From: an uncultured bacterium
GTDB lineage: Bacteria > Zhuqueibacterota > QNDG01 > DTFT01
Assembly (NCBI GenBank): GCA_963736115.1
Contig: CAVTNR010000008.1
Span: 192,001 to 256,000, forward strand
Length of the DNA stretch: 64,000 nt
Direction: 5' to 3'
Part shown: piece by piece, positions 21,507 through 31,244 of the stretch
How positions within the stretch are numbered: position 1 is the first letter of the stretch
Layout of the letters: every line of letters starts with the position of its first letter
Translations under genes and position numbers: made by a program
The notes under the pieces: model-generated
The model's database searches: none
Told to the model about the DNA's origin: nothing
What the model saw: only the letters and a program-made list of their open reading frames with translations

Positions 21507-22226
21507 GTGAATTTTCATTCATATTGTAATAAATAATTCAATTCCGGTCTTGCGACGGACTTGATCCTGTTCTCGGGACTGCAGGGATATATAATGTATA
21601 AATTCTTCATTCCTGTGTGAGCCATGTTGCCACGCCCGGTGCTCAATCCAATTTTTTTATTCCTCTACATCCGTCTGACCCGATCCGGCATCCATTTGGT
21701 TTCCGCTTCGTCGGACCGATCATACGTTTCCCGTTCCGATTGAAGACGAATTATGGTTGGGCAATAAATTGGATTCCTCCGTCCGATCGGGCCGAATGTT
21801 CGGTCTTCCGCACTTTCCGTAACGGGTGAAGGTCGAGGTCATTTTTTAATTTTAGATTCGACTGATCAGGAAGGCCCGATTATCTTCTTCCGATTGCCGG
21901 GAAAGCGATGGTAACGATTGGATTCGGAGCCGGCCGGATGACAGAATAACCGGCGGCGTCACGCGGTCCGGGTGCGTTCAACCGGGCGTCCGGAAGCCTG
22001 GAATACTGGTTCCGGTTTTTCCGGATGATCGGTGATCAGGCTTCCGGCCGCTCCGTGAGTCTGATTTTCCGGTCGCGCGAAGTCTTCAATAATTGGCATC
22101 TGTTGGTTGATCCCGCATAGCGGGACGGGGCTACGGCGTCCTTCATTTTACTGGACTTTCTTTTTTTAATAACGTAAATTGATTGAGTGACGTTGATTGC
22201 AATCCCAAAGGTTCCGGAGGACCCAC

Positions 22227-22613
22227 ATGCCCAAACGCATTCTGCTGATCGATGACGACCAGGATTTTGTGAGTATGAACCGGATGGCCCTGGAAAAGGC
22301 CGGATATCAGGTCCTGACCGCGTATGACGGAAAGGAAGGCCTCGAGAAAGCGGTCCGCGAAATGCCCGACTGCATCGTGCTGGACGTGATGATGACCGAG
22401 GAGACCGAGGGTTTCCACACCGCCAAGGCGATACGGGAACATGAAGCACTCAGCCGGACGCCGATTCTCATGCTGACCTCGATCCGAGAAGCCATGGATC
22501 TGCCTTTCAAGTACGAGCCGGACGAACAGTTTCTTCCGGTTACGGAATTCGTCGAGAAGCCCCTGCCGCCCGCCGAGCTGGTAGCCAAGGTAGCGAAGCT
22601 GACGGAAAAGTAG
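22227..22613 (+). CDS. Stand-alone response regulator receiver (paralog of 14006-14401)
   Basis: ILLIDDD, VLDVMM, MLT, KP; GGAGG RBS. Confidence 0.9.
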   Translation: MPKRILLIDDDQDFVSMNRMALEKAGYQVLTAYDGKEGLEKAVREMPDCIVLDVMMTEETEGFHTAKAIREHEALSRTPILMLTSIREAMDLPFKYEPDEQFLPVTEFVEKPLPPAELVAKVAKLTEK

Positions 22614-22645
22614 GTGACCGACCAAACGAGTGGAGGAGATGAAAG

Positions 22646-23434
22646 ATGAGAACCGGACGTTTTGTTCTGATCCTCGCCCTGGCGCCGGCTTTCCTCTTCG
22701 GCCAGGCCGCGAAGGAAAAAGGGAAAGTCTTCACTGTCAAATTGGGGCCGACTCATCAGTCCTCCCAGTTCGGACTTGCGGGGAAACGGCTTCAGCCGTA
22801 TGCCGGTCTGGACTATGCTTCGGCCTCGTTCACGGCGGATATGGGCCTGCTCATGTGGGCCGAGAATCCATCGACCCTTGAACTCGTGAAGGCCATGAAA
22901 ATCGGCGCGGTCGTGGAGGGCTCGGTTTCATTCTGGATGCCCCATGCCGGAGTCAAGTACTATCTGGCGGACGGCGAATCGCGGCCGTACGTGTTCGGAG
23001 GCGTGTATAAGAACTTTTCCTCGATCGACGCCGCGCTCGACCTGAAACTCCAGGGGTACGACGAGAACGGGGAGGACGCAGGCGACCCGATTTCGTCCGA
23101 TACGGACCTGCTGGAGGACGATCTGAAGGAATTCGTCGAGAGTCTGCTCAACCACTGGGGCGTGCAGGCCGGGTTCGGGGTCGAGTGGCGCGTCAACAAG
23201 CATTTCGGCATCGGCGGGGAATACGGGGTGAAACTGAATTTCAATTCGGCCGAACAGAAGTTCAATGACACCAGCGCGCTCGCCGTGCTGGGGCTTCTCC
23301 TCGGCGATATGGGGACGAACCCGGAAGCGGGCACGGGCAGCCTGCTCGGGGCTGAACGGACCGATCTCGTCCTCGATCTTTCCGGCAAGTACATCACGAG
23401 CCAGGCGTCGGTGGTGTTCAACTTCTACTTTTAA
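22646..23434 (+). CDS. Outer membrane beta-barrel protein
   Basis: Signal peptide, amphipathic strands (GFGVEWRVNKHFGIGGEY), C-terminal FYF. Confidence 0.65.
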   Translation: MRTGRFVLILALAPAFLFGQAAKEKGKVFTVKLGPTHQSSQFGLAGKRLQPYAGLDYASASFTADMGLLMWAENPSTLELVKAMKIGAVVEGSVSFWMPHAGVKYYLADGESRPYVFGGVYKNFSSIDAALDLKLQGYDENGEDAGDPISSDTDLLEDDLKEFVESLLNHWGVQAGFGVEWRVNKHFGIGGEYGVKLNFNSAEQKFNDTSALAVLGLLLGDMGTNPEAGTGSLLGAERTDLVLDLSGKYITSQASVVFNFYF

Positions 23435-23464
23435 TTTCTCCTGACATTTCGGTTTTTTTGTTCG

Positions 23465-23494
23465 GCCGGCTCCAGTGGGGGCCGGCTTTTTTTT
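23465..23494 (+). terminator. Intrinsic terminator
   Basis: GCCGGCTCC/GGGGCCGGC stem followed by T8. Confidence 0.75.
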
Positions 23495-23495
23495 C

Positions 23496-23595
23496 AGTTC
23501 ATAATTCATGGTTCATAGTTCATAGTTAACAAAACAGATATACAGCTTTTAAGTCACTTCCTTAACTATGAATCATGAACTATGAACCATGAACT
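23496..23595. repeat. Inverted heptamer array (TTCATAG)n-spacer-(CTATGAA)n
   Basis: About four units per arm around a 36-bp spacer. Confidence 0.85.
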
Positions 23596-23644
23596 TTTAA
23601 TGATGAAATTCGGATTTTGTGATGAAATAGTAATAAAAATTTCC

Positions 23645-23698
23645 TTGACATTCCCGAAAAATCAGTTTACTTTATCCAGCCTGACGTTAACGTTAACG
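23645..23698 (+). promoter_or_regulatory. Sigma70 promoter and LacI-type operator
   Basis: TTGACA-N17-TACTTT followed by perfect palindrome CGTTAACGTTAACG (23685-23698). Confidence 0.75.
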
Positions 23699-23730
23699 CA
23701 AATTCCGCTCCCGGGGGGCCCCGCTGTCGC

Positions 23731-24849
23731 ATGGTCACCATCCGTGAAATCGCCCAGAAGGCCGGCGTCTCCATCGGCACCGTGGACCGGGCCCTGCACA
23801 ACCGGGGCCGCGTGTCCAAGGCGACGCAGGAGCGGATCTCCCGGATCATCGCCGAGTGCCGGTACAAGCCCAATGTGTTCGCGAGCCATCTCTCCCTGGC
23901 CAAAAAGTACACGTTCGCGGTCCTGACCCCGGAGCCCGAGCAGGACGGCCGCTACTGGGAGCTCCCGATGCGGGGCATCCGCAAAGCCGCGGACGAACTG
24001 AAACCCTACCCGATCCGCATCTGGCCCGTCCATTACGACAAATACTCGGAATCATCCTTTTTCAAGGCGGGGGAGAAGATCCTGAAATCCAAGTCGGAAG
24101 TGGACGGCCTCGTCGTCGCGCCCGTGCTCTCCGCCGCCTCCGAAACCTTTGTCCGCAGAATCCCCCCGGCCCTGCCGTACGTGTTCATCGACTCATACGT
24201 GCCGGACACGTCCTGCCTGTCCCGCATCGCCCAGAACCCCTACCGGAGCGGCGCGCTCGGCGCCCGGCTCATGGATCTTCTCATCGGCGGAAAGGGCACG
24301 GTCGCGGTGTGCCGCATCGTCCCGCGCGATTACCACATTGACGACCGGGTCAACGGCTTCACCGAGGCCCTCCGGTTCCGGAAGGACGTGGAAATCGTAT
24401 CCTTCGAGGCCGACCGGAGGACGGATGAGGCTGTTTTCTACCATCTGGCGGAGCGCATTCTGGCCGAACGGCCATCCTGCAACGGCATTTTCGTGCCCAA
24501 TTCGCTGGGCCACCAGGTGGCGCAGCTGCTCAAGGAGCGGGTGCCGCCGGGCCGCATCCATCTCATCGGATATGACCTGGTCGAGCCGAACCTCCCGTTC
24601 CTGAAGGAGGGCTGGATCCGTTTCCTGATCAGCCAGAGGCCGGATGTGCAGGGGTACCAGGGCATTCAGCTTCTGGTTCAGCATCTCCTGCTGAAGAATC
24701 CCGTTCCGGCGGAGATGAATCTTCCCATCGACATCGTCACGGCCGAAAACCTGGACGAGCACGCCGGAACCGACCCGCAGGAACACCGTGGCCCGTCCGC
24801 TGAGACGCGTGAAACGCGCCAGGCCGGCCGAAAGGCTTATAAAAAATAA
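23731..24849 (+). CDS. LacI-family transcriptional regulator
   Basis: TIREIAQKAGVSIGTVDRALHNR HTH plus periplasmic-binding-like domain. Confidence 0.92.
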   Translation: MVTIREIAQKAGVSIGTVDRALHNRGRVSKATQERISRIIAECRYKPNVFASHLSLAKKYTFAVLTPEPEQDGRYWELPMRGIRKAADELKPYPIRIWPVHYDKYSESSFFKAGEKILKSKSEVDGLVVAPVLSAASETFVRRIPPALPYVFIDSYVPDTSCLSRIAQNPYRSGALGARLMDLLIGGKGTVAVCRIVPRDYHIDDRVNGFTEALRFRKDVEIVSFEADRRTDEAVFYHLAERILAERPSCNGIFVPNSLGHQVAQLLKERVPPGRIHLIGYDLVEPNLPFLKEGWIRFLISQRPDVQGYQGIQLLVQHLLLKNPVPAEMNLPIDIVTAENLDEHAGTDPQEHRGPSAETRETRQAGRKAYKK

Positions 24850-24894
24850 CCTCACCGCGGCGTACGCCGCTTTCACCCCATCATGGGAGGCCGT

Positions 24895-26001
24895 ATGGCT
24901 TATCAGTTGAAGGACCTGCAGTACCAGAAGGCTGCGATCAGCCCCGAAAAGATGCTTGAGAACCTGAAGAAGGACCTGAAAATCCGGACATCAGTGGGGA
25001 TCTGGTATTTCACGCCTGGCGGCGGCCGTTTCCATGACCGTTTCGTCAAGGAAGCTTCCGTTACGGAACGCCTGAAAATGGCCGAGGACCTGGCCAAATT
25101 CGGGGTCACCGGCATCGAGGCGCATTATCCGGACGAGGTGAACGAGGACAATCTGCACCTCTTTCAGCAGCTCGAGAAGAACGCGGGCATCAAACTCATC
25201 GGCGTCCCTTTCTCCCATTTCTACCACACGCGGTTCGAGTTCGGCAGTCTGTCGAGCCCGGATGCGGCCGTGCGCAAGGCGGCGAAGGACATCGCGGTGA
25301 AGGGGCTCCAGCTGGTCCAGGCCGCGGGCGCCGGGGCGGCGATTTCCTGGCCGGGCATGGACGGATACCGCTACATTCACGGCAAGCCCTACATGCAGAT
25401 GTGGGACTGGTTCGAATCCTCCATGGCCGAGGCCCTGGACGAGGTTCCGGGCGTGCGCGTGGCCATCGAACCCAAGGGGTATGAGCCCGCGCCGAACAAC
25501 ATCTACCGCACGACCGCGGAGGGCGTGCTCGCCTGCCAGCGCATCGAGGCGAAGCTGAAGAACCCGAAGAACGTCGAGCTGATCAAGAAGGGCGTGACCC
25601 TCATGGGTCTGAATCCCGAAATCGGCCACGTGAAAATGAGCTTCGAGATGCTGCCCGCGGCCTACGCCATGTGCATGATGGAAGGCCGGCTGGCGCACAC
25701 CCACTGGAACAGCCAGCCCGACGGCAATTACGATCAGGACAACAACGTGGGCGTGGTCAATTTCCCGGAAACCGAGGCCCTGCTGTACACGCTCTGGGCG
25801 CACGGGTATGACGAGTACTTCGGCATCGATATCAACCCCGAGAATATGCCCTTCCAGAAGGCGGTTGAGATCAACGTCATGGCGATCAAGCGTCTCAAGG
25901 AGCGCGTCGCGCGCCTGCCGCACGAGAAGCTGATGGCCTGCCATCTCGATCCCGCCAATCACCGCGGCGAGCTCGAGGAAATTCTCATCAAAAACTGGTA
26001 G
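24895..26001 (+). CDS. Xylose-isomerase-like TIM-barrel sugar isomerase
   Basis: IEPKGYEP, NPEIGH, DQD, GIDINP metal-ligand pattern; lies next to an FGGY kinase. Confidence 0.75.
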   Translation: MAYQLKDLQYQKAAISPEKMLENLKKDLKIRTSVGIWYFTPGGGRFHDRFVKEASVTERLKMAEDLAKFGVTGIEAHYPDEVNEDNLHLFQQLEKNAGIKLIGVPFSHFYHTRFEFGSLSSPDAAVRKAAKDIAVKGLQLVQAAGAGAAISWPGMDGYRYIHGKPYMQMWDWFESSMAEALDEVPGVRVAIEPKGYEPAPNNIYRTTAEGVLACQRIEAKLKNPKNVELIKKGVTLMGLNPEIGHVKMSFEMLPAAYAMCMMEGRLAHTHWNSQPDGNYDQDNNVGVVNFPETEALLYTLWAHGYDEYFGIDINPENMPFQKAVEINVMAIKRLKERVARLPHEKLMACHLDPANHRGELEEILIKNW

Positions 26002-26010
26002 GAGCGGGCC

Positions 26011-27597
26011 ATGTCCGAATCGCTGTTCGCGGGCCTGGACGTCTCCACCCAGGGCACCAAGCTTGTAGTGATCGACCCCGCCGCCGCCGACGTCGTATTC
26101 GTCGCCGGGGTGAACTACGACGTCGACCTGCCGCAGTACGGCACGAAGGACGGCGTCATGCGCAACCGGGGGGAGGGCGCTTCCGAGTCCGATCCCCGCA
26201 TGTGGATCGAGGCCGTTCGCTGCGTGTTCGCGGCCGCGAAATCCGCGGGTGTCGACTTCGGCCGGATCCGCTGCGTGTCCGTAAGCGGACAGCAGCACGG
26301 TCTCGTGTCGCTCGACGCCGCGGGCGAATTGACCCGCCCGGCCAGCAAGCTGTGGAACGACTTCTCCACGTCGGAGGAGTGCCGCATTCTGACGGAAAAA
26401 CTGGGCGGCCTGAAGGCGGTGATCCGCGAGACCGGCAACAGCCAGCGGACCGGATACACGGCGGCCAAGATCTTCCACATGAAGCGGCATGAACCGCAGG
26501 CGTTCCGGAAAACCGCCACTTTCTTTCTGGTGCACAATTACATCAACTGGGTGCTGACCGGGGGCAAGGAAGGCGGCGTGCGAGTCATGGAGCCCGGCGA
26601 CACTTCGGGCATGGCGCTCTGGAACCCGAAAACCGGGCGCTGGTCCAAAAAGGCGCTCGCCGCGATCGATCCCTCACTGTCGAAGAAGATCCCGCCGGTG
26701 AAACCTTCGGACGCGAGCATCGGCCGCATCGGCGCCGCGTTCGTCCGCGAATTCGGATTCCCGGCGGACTGCAGGATCGACGCGGGATGCGGCGACAACA
26801 TGTACGGCGCGGTCGGCACCGGCAATGTCATGCCGGGCATCGTGACCGTCAGCCTCGGGACCAGCGGCACGGCGTACACGTTCATGAAAACGCCGTATGT
26901 GGACCCGACCGGCGAAATCGCCGCGTTCTGCGACAGCACGGGGCATTACCTGCCCCTGCTCTGCGTGTCCAACCTGGCGAACGGGTACAACGAGATCCTC
27001 CGCCTGCACGGCATCTCTCACGAGGCCTTCAACACGCTTGTGAAGAAAACGAAGCCGGGCAACGGCGGCCGTCTGCTCCTGCCCTGGTACATGGGCGAAC
27101 GCACGCCGGACCTGCCCTGGGCCACGCCGCTGTATTTCGGATTCGGGCTCGACGACTTCACGCCCGAAATTCTCAGCCGCGCCGTGCTGGAGGGCCACGT
27201 CCTGAATCTGTTCGAAGGGTTCTGCCGCATGCCGGTGAAGCCGAAAGAAATCCGGCTCACGGGCGGCATGTCCAAGTCCGAGGCCTGGTGCCAGACCATC
27301 GCCGACGTGTTTGAGGCGGAGACGGTGCCGGTCGAGGGCGAGGGCGCGGCGCTCGGCGCCGCTTTGCACGCGGCATGGGTGTGGAAGAAGGAGTGCGGAA
27401 AGGGCGGCAAGTCCGCCAAGCTTGCCGATGTGGTGAAGCCTTTCGTGAAGCTCGACGAGTCGCGCCGGAAGAAGCCGGTGGCCGAGAACGTCGCGGTGTA
27501 TCGCGCGATGAAGCAGGCCTACTTCGCGCTTTCCGGACGCGTCCGCGGCAAGGGCGGTGAGGATCCGTTCGAGCTGAGAAGCAAAATGAGTTCATAG
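26011..27597 (+). CDS. xylB: FGGY carbohydrate kinase (xylulokinase-like)
   Basis: GLDVSTQGTK, SVSGQQHG, GDN, SLGTSGT, GERTP, LTGG, GAALGAA. Confidence 0.8.
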   Translation: MSESLFAGLDVSTQGTKLVVIDPAAADVVFVAGVNYDVDLPQYGTKDGVMRNRGEGASESDPRMWIEAVRCVFAAAKSAGVDFGRIRCVSVSGQQHGLVSLDAAGELTRPASKLWNDFSTSEECRILTEKLGGLKAVIRETGNSQRTGYTAAKIFHMKRHEPQAFRKTATFFLVHNYINWVLTGGKEGGVRVMEPGDTSGMALWNPKTGRWSKKALAAIDPSLSKKIPPVKPSDASIGRIGAAFVREFGFPADCRIDAGCGDNMYGAVGTGNVMPGIVTVSLGTSGTAYTFMKTPYVDPTGEIAAFCDSTGHYLPLLCVSNLANGYNEILRLHGISHEAFNTLVKKTKPGNGGRLLLPWYMGERTPDLPWATPLYFGFGLDDFTPEILSRAVLEGHVLNLFEGFCRMPVKPKEIRLTGGMSKSEAWCQTIADVFEAETVPVEGEGAALGAALHAAWVWKKECGKGGKSAKLADVVKPFVKLDESRRKKPVAENVAVYRAMKQAYFALSGRVRGKGGEDPFELRSKMSS

Positions 27598-27660
27598 TTC
27601 ATTGTTCTCAGAATACCGGTTCCGGGTTCCGAGTTGTTAAAATGTTCCGCGTTCCGGGTT

Positions 27661-27706
27661 GTAGGTCCGATATGCCGAGTCCCCGACGGGGACGAGGCTA
27701 TCGGAC
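27661..27706. repeat. GTAGGTCCGA REP-like element
   Basis: GTAG-GTCCGATA..TATCGGAC hairpin; further copies at 35382, 39258, 42116, 42326. Confidence 0.8.
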
Positions 27707-27846
27707 ATACACCTGTTACGGTAGACAATCGGCAATCGGGTATCCTCCATCTGGAGGATACCCGACTCTTTTTTTGCCGGCCGGCCGGAGCGGGAACCGG
27801 TTTTCCCGGATCACGTAAAACCTTCAAATGAACGATCGGAAGGGAT

Positions 27847-29004
27847 ATGAATTACAGGCCATTCGGTAATACGGACTGGAACGTCTCGGCTCTGGGATTC
27901 GGGGCCATGCGCCTGCCGGTCACGGACGGGAATCCGGGCGGACCGGCGGTGGATGAGGCGGAAAGCGTCCGCATGATCAGGGCGGCGATAGACGGCGGCG
28001 TGAACTACGTGGACACGGCATATCCCTATCACGGGGGTATGAGCGAAACCGTTGTCGGGAAGGCGCTGGCGGGCGGGTACCGGTCGAAAGTCCGTCTGAC
28101 GACCAAGAGTCCGGTGTGGCTGATTCAGAAACCCGTTGATTTCGACCGGTATCTGAACGAACAGCTGAACCGCCTGGGTACGGATCGGATCGATTATTAC
28201 CTGCTGCACGCGCTGGATGCCGGGCGGTGGAACGACGTCGTTCTCAGGCACGGGCTTCTGGAAAAAGGCGAAGCCGCTGTCGCGGACGGACGCATCGGAT
28301 CCCTGGGCTTCTCTTTTCACGACGGGTTCGATACATTCATGCGCATTCTGGACGGAACTGACAAGTGGGGGATATGCCAGATCCAGTACAATTACCTGGA
28401 CGTTGAAAACCAGGCGGGGAAACGCGGTCTGGAGGAAGCAACCGCGAGGGGCATTCCCGTGGTTGTCATGGAACCCCTGCTCGGCGGAAGGCTTGCCCGT
28501 CCGCCCCTGAAGATCAGGAAGATGATCGAAGTCCATCCTTCGGGCCGGACTCCGGCGGAATGGGCCCTGGCCTGGCTGTGGGACCAGAGCGGCGTGTCCA
28601 CGGTGCTGAGCGGCATGAGCGCCATGTCCGAGATCCGGGACAATCTTGCGTTCGCGGGCCGCGCTGAAACGGGGATGCTTGAAGCGGAGGACCGGGAAAG
28701 GATCGCGACGATCCGGCAGGCCTACCAGGAATCGGCGCACATCCCGTGCACGAATTGCGGATACTGCATGCCCTGTCCGCACGGCGTCCTGATTCCGGCC
28801 AATTTCGGATTATACAATGACATGTTCATGCACGAGAATCCCGGGGTGCCCCGTTTCAGCTACGCAAATTTCTTTCCGGACGCCGGCAAAGCTTCGGTCT
28901 GCGTGCAATGCGGTGAATGCCTGGACAAATGCCCTCAGAAAATCGACATCCCGGGATGGATGCCGAAAGTCCACGCAGAGCTCTCGGGGGAGGGGAAAGG
29001 ATGA
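27847..29004 (+). CDS. Aldo/keto reductase with C-terminal 4Fe-4S dicluster
   Basis: LGFGAMRLP, VDTAYPY, GFSFH, MEPLLGG, CTNCGYCMPCP, CVQCGECLDKCP. Confidence 0.9.
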   Translation: MNYRPFGNTDWNVSALGFGAMRLPVTDGNPGGPAVDEAESVRMIRAAIDGGVNYVDTAYPYHGGMSETVVGKALAGGYRSKVRLTTKSPVWLIQKPVDFDRYLNEQLNRLGTDRIDYYLLHALDAGRWNDVVLRHGLLEKGEAAVADGRIGSLGFSFHDGFDTFMRILDGTDKWGICQIQYNYLDVENQAGKRGLEEATARGIPVVVMEPLLGGRLARPPLKIRKMIEVHPSGRTPAEWALAWLWDQSGVSTVLSGMSAMSEIRDNLAFAGRAETGMLEAEDRERIATIRQAYQESAHIPCTNCGYCMPCPHGVLIPANFGLYNDMFMHENPGVPRFSYANFFPDAGKASVCVQCGECLDKCPQKIDIPGWMPKVHAELSGEGKG

Positions 29005-29175
29005 ACAAGGTTCCGGGTTGAAAACCATGGAGCGCTTCTAGATGGAAAACAGTTCTTTAACTCGGAACCCGGAACCCTGAACTCGGAACTCTTCTCGGGA
29101 CAAATCCAGTAAAAAGAAAAGGATGGATCGGCTTTTGATCGTGGAATTGCCCGCAAGGCTATGAACAAAAAGAAT

Positions 29176-29204
29176 TTGACTTTTGAAATTCGTCTGGCTA
29201 TATT
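29176..29204 (+). promoter_or_regulatory. Sigma70 promoter of the tRNA cluster
   Basis: TTGACT-N17-TATATT. Confidence 0.7.
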
Positions 29205-29238
29205 AAGTGCTCAATCCCGAAAAGGGAGAAACGGCCTT

Positions 29239-29312
29239 TGGGGAGTCGTCCAATGGTAGGACATGCGGCTCTGGACCGTAGTATCGGGGTTCGAATCCCT
29301 GCTCCCCAGCCA
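29239..29312 (+). tRNA. tRNA-Gln(CTG)
   Basis: Cloverleaf, anticodon loop CT-CTG-GA, GGTTCGAATCC, encoded CCA. Confidence 0.93.
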
Positions 29313-29318
29313 AGCGTT

Positions 29319-29392
29319 GCGCCCGTAGCTCAATTGGATAGAGCATCTGACTTCGGATCAGAGGGTTGTGGGTTCGAGTCCCTCCGGGCGTA
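29319..29392 (+). tRNA. tRNA-Arg(TCG)
   Basis: Cloverleaf; TCTGA-CT-TCG-GA-TCAGA. Confidence 0.93.
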
Positions 29393-29408
29393 CGGTTGAA
29401 AGAGAAAA

Positions 29409-29507
29409 GTTCATAGTTCATAGTTCATGGTTCATAGTTGAGAAGAAGGGGAAATAGTAAGCCTCGGCTCTTTTTTTCTATGAACTATGAACTATCAACC
29501 ATGAACT
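29409..29507. repeat. Inverted heptamer array
   Basis: (TTCATAG)n..(CTATGAA)n directly after the tRNA. Confidence 0.85.
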
Positions 29508-29518
29508 GCTTTAAAAAT

Positions 29519-29591
29519 GGCGCGTTCGTCCAGAGGCCCAGGACGCCGGCCTCTCACGTCGGCAACACGGGTTCGAATCCCGTACGCGCTA
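29519..29591 (+). tRNA. tRNA-Glu(CTC)
   Basis: CCGGC-CT-CTC-AC-GTCGG anticodon arm; GGTTCGAATCC. Confidence 0.9.
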
Positions 29592-29598
29592 CGACAAA

Positions 29599-29693
29599 AG
29601 TTCATGGTTCATAGTTCAAAGTTCATAGTAAGAGAGGGCAACATCGGACCCCTTCGTTTTCCGCTATGAACCATGAACTATGAACCATGAACT
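29599..29693. repeat. Inverted heptamer array
   Basis: Same family as 23496-23595, with a different spacer of about 35 bp. Confidence 0.85.
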
Positions 29694-29705
29694 GGTTTTT
29701 CTCTT

Positions 29706-29779
<74 letters not shown>

Positions 29780-29793
29780 CGGTTGGAAGAAAA

Positions 29794-29883
29794 AGTTCAT
29801 AGTTCATGGTTTATAGTTCATAGTTAAAAAGAGTTTTTCAAATGTCTTTCCGACTATGAACCATGAACTATGAACTATGAACC
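29794..29883. repeat. Inverted heptamer array overlapping the tadA start
   Basis: Right arm contains the in-frame ATG at 29870. Confidence 0.8.
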
Positions 29884-30394
29884 TGCAAAAGAGTCGGAGT
29901 CCGCGGATTCCGACTCGGTGTGGATGCGCTGGGCGCTCCGGGAGGCGGAAAAGGCCTTCGAGGAAGGCGAGGTTCCGGTCGGGGCCGTGATCGTGTCCGA
30001 AAACCGGATCATCGGACGGGCGCACAACCAGACGGAAACCCTGCAGGATCCGACGGCGCACGCCGAGATGATCGCCATTTCAGCCGCGGCCAATACGCTC
30101 GGATCCTGGCGGCTCGAGGGTTGCACGATGTACGTCACCCTGGAGCCGTGCGCGATGTGCGCGGGCGCGGTCGTTCTGTCGCGCATCCGGCGCGTGGTGT
30201 TCGGGGCTTTTGATCCGAAGGCCGGGGCATGCGGATCCCTGCGCAACCTGGTGCAGGACGCGAGACTGAACCACCGGGTCGAACTCACCTCCGGCGTTCT
30301 GGACGCGGAGGTTTCGAACCTGATGAAGGCGTTCTTTCACAATCTGCGCGATGTCAAACGAAGCCGCAGGCAGGCCGGCGGGGAAGAGAATTAG
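29870..30394 (+). CDS. tadA: tRNA adenosine(34) deaminase
   Basis: EVPVGAV, DPTAHAE, TLEPCAMCAGA, DPKAGACGS; exact start uncertain. Confidence 0.93.
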   Translation: MNYEPAKESESADSDSVWMRWALREAEKAFEEGEVPVGAVIVSENRIIGRAHNQTETLQDPTAHAEMIAISAAANTLGSWRLEGCTMYVTLEPCAMCAGAVVLSRIRRVVFGAFDPKAGACGSLRNLVQDARLNHRVELTSGVLDAEVSNLMKAFFHNLRDVKRSRRQAGGEEN

Positions 30395-30438
30395 TCCTTC
30401 CCGCGCGGATGGAAACCCATCCGTCCGGTTCGTATTCC

Positions 30439-30526
30439 GGAGAGGTGCGAGAGTGGTTGAATCGGACGGTCTCGAAAACCGTTGTCCCTATAAACGGGAC
30501 CGTGGGTTCGAATCCCACCCTCTCCG
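30439..30526 (+). tRNA. tRNA-Ser(CGA)
   Basis: ACGGT-CT-CGA-AA-ACCGT, long variable arm. Confidence 0.93.
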
Positions 30527-30670
30527 CTTGATCAAGTTCATAGTTCTGAATTCATAGTTCATAGTTTTTAAGATGTCATCCCCGCGAAACTTGTCCCGGA
30601 CCTGATCCGGGAGCGGGGATCCAGGGGAGCGGGCGGGGAGGAAGAAGTCAGGCGGATTTGACAGTAACCC

Positions 30671-30758
<88 letters not shown>

Positions 30759-30889
30759 AATACAGTTCATGGTTCATCGTTCATAGTTTATAGTTAAAAG
30801 AAGAGTCCTTTCAGCTTTGGGGATGTCATCCCCGCACTCTTCCAGAGGGGATCCGGGGCGGGGCGGAAAAAACACTCGACGTTTAAAAT

Positions 30890-30962
30890 GGGGCAGTAGC
30901 TCAGCTGGGAGAGCGGTACGTTCGCAACGTACAGGCCGGCGGTTCGATCCCGCTCTGCTCCA
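30890..30962 (+). tRNA. tRNA-Ala(CGC)
   Basis: GTACG-TT-CGC-AA-CGTAC; G3:U70 pair in the acceptor stem. Confidence 0.92.
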
Positions 30963-30969
30963 CATCATG

Positions 30970-31244
30970 AGGCCGTGCTAGACGGGGAGCCTAGCGGTGC
31001 CCTGTAACCCGCAATCCGCTCCAGCAGGGTCGAATTCCCTTCCAGAGACTGCGCAAGAACCACTCCCTGATGGCGCGCCGGCGTTGATGGTCCGAGCTCC
31101 TGCGCAATGGGAGGCCGCCGAACCCCGTCAGGACCGGAAGGTAGCAGCGGTAAGCGGTTTGAACATGTGCCGCGGAACCGCTTGGCCGGAGCCGGCCGCC
31201 ACTGGGGATTGGCGCTTCAGGAATCGAAGGCGGGCGCACAGCCT
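30970..31244 (+). ncRNA. ffs: Signal recognition particle RNA, large (Alu-containing) bacterial type
   Basis: Helix 8 GTCAGGACCGGAAGGTAGCAGC; 5' GCCGTGCTAGACGGGGAG..GCGGTGCCCTGTA..CGCAATCCGCT Alu-like domain; pairing ends; upstream of dnaX. Confidence 0.9.

Noticed and set aside
21510-22200. Small ORFs in the rex-receiver intergenic region
   Set aside because: No motifs or RBS support; no known RNA recognised
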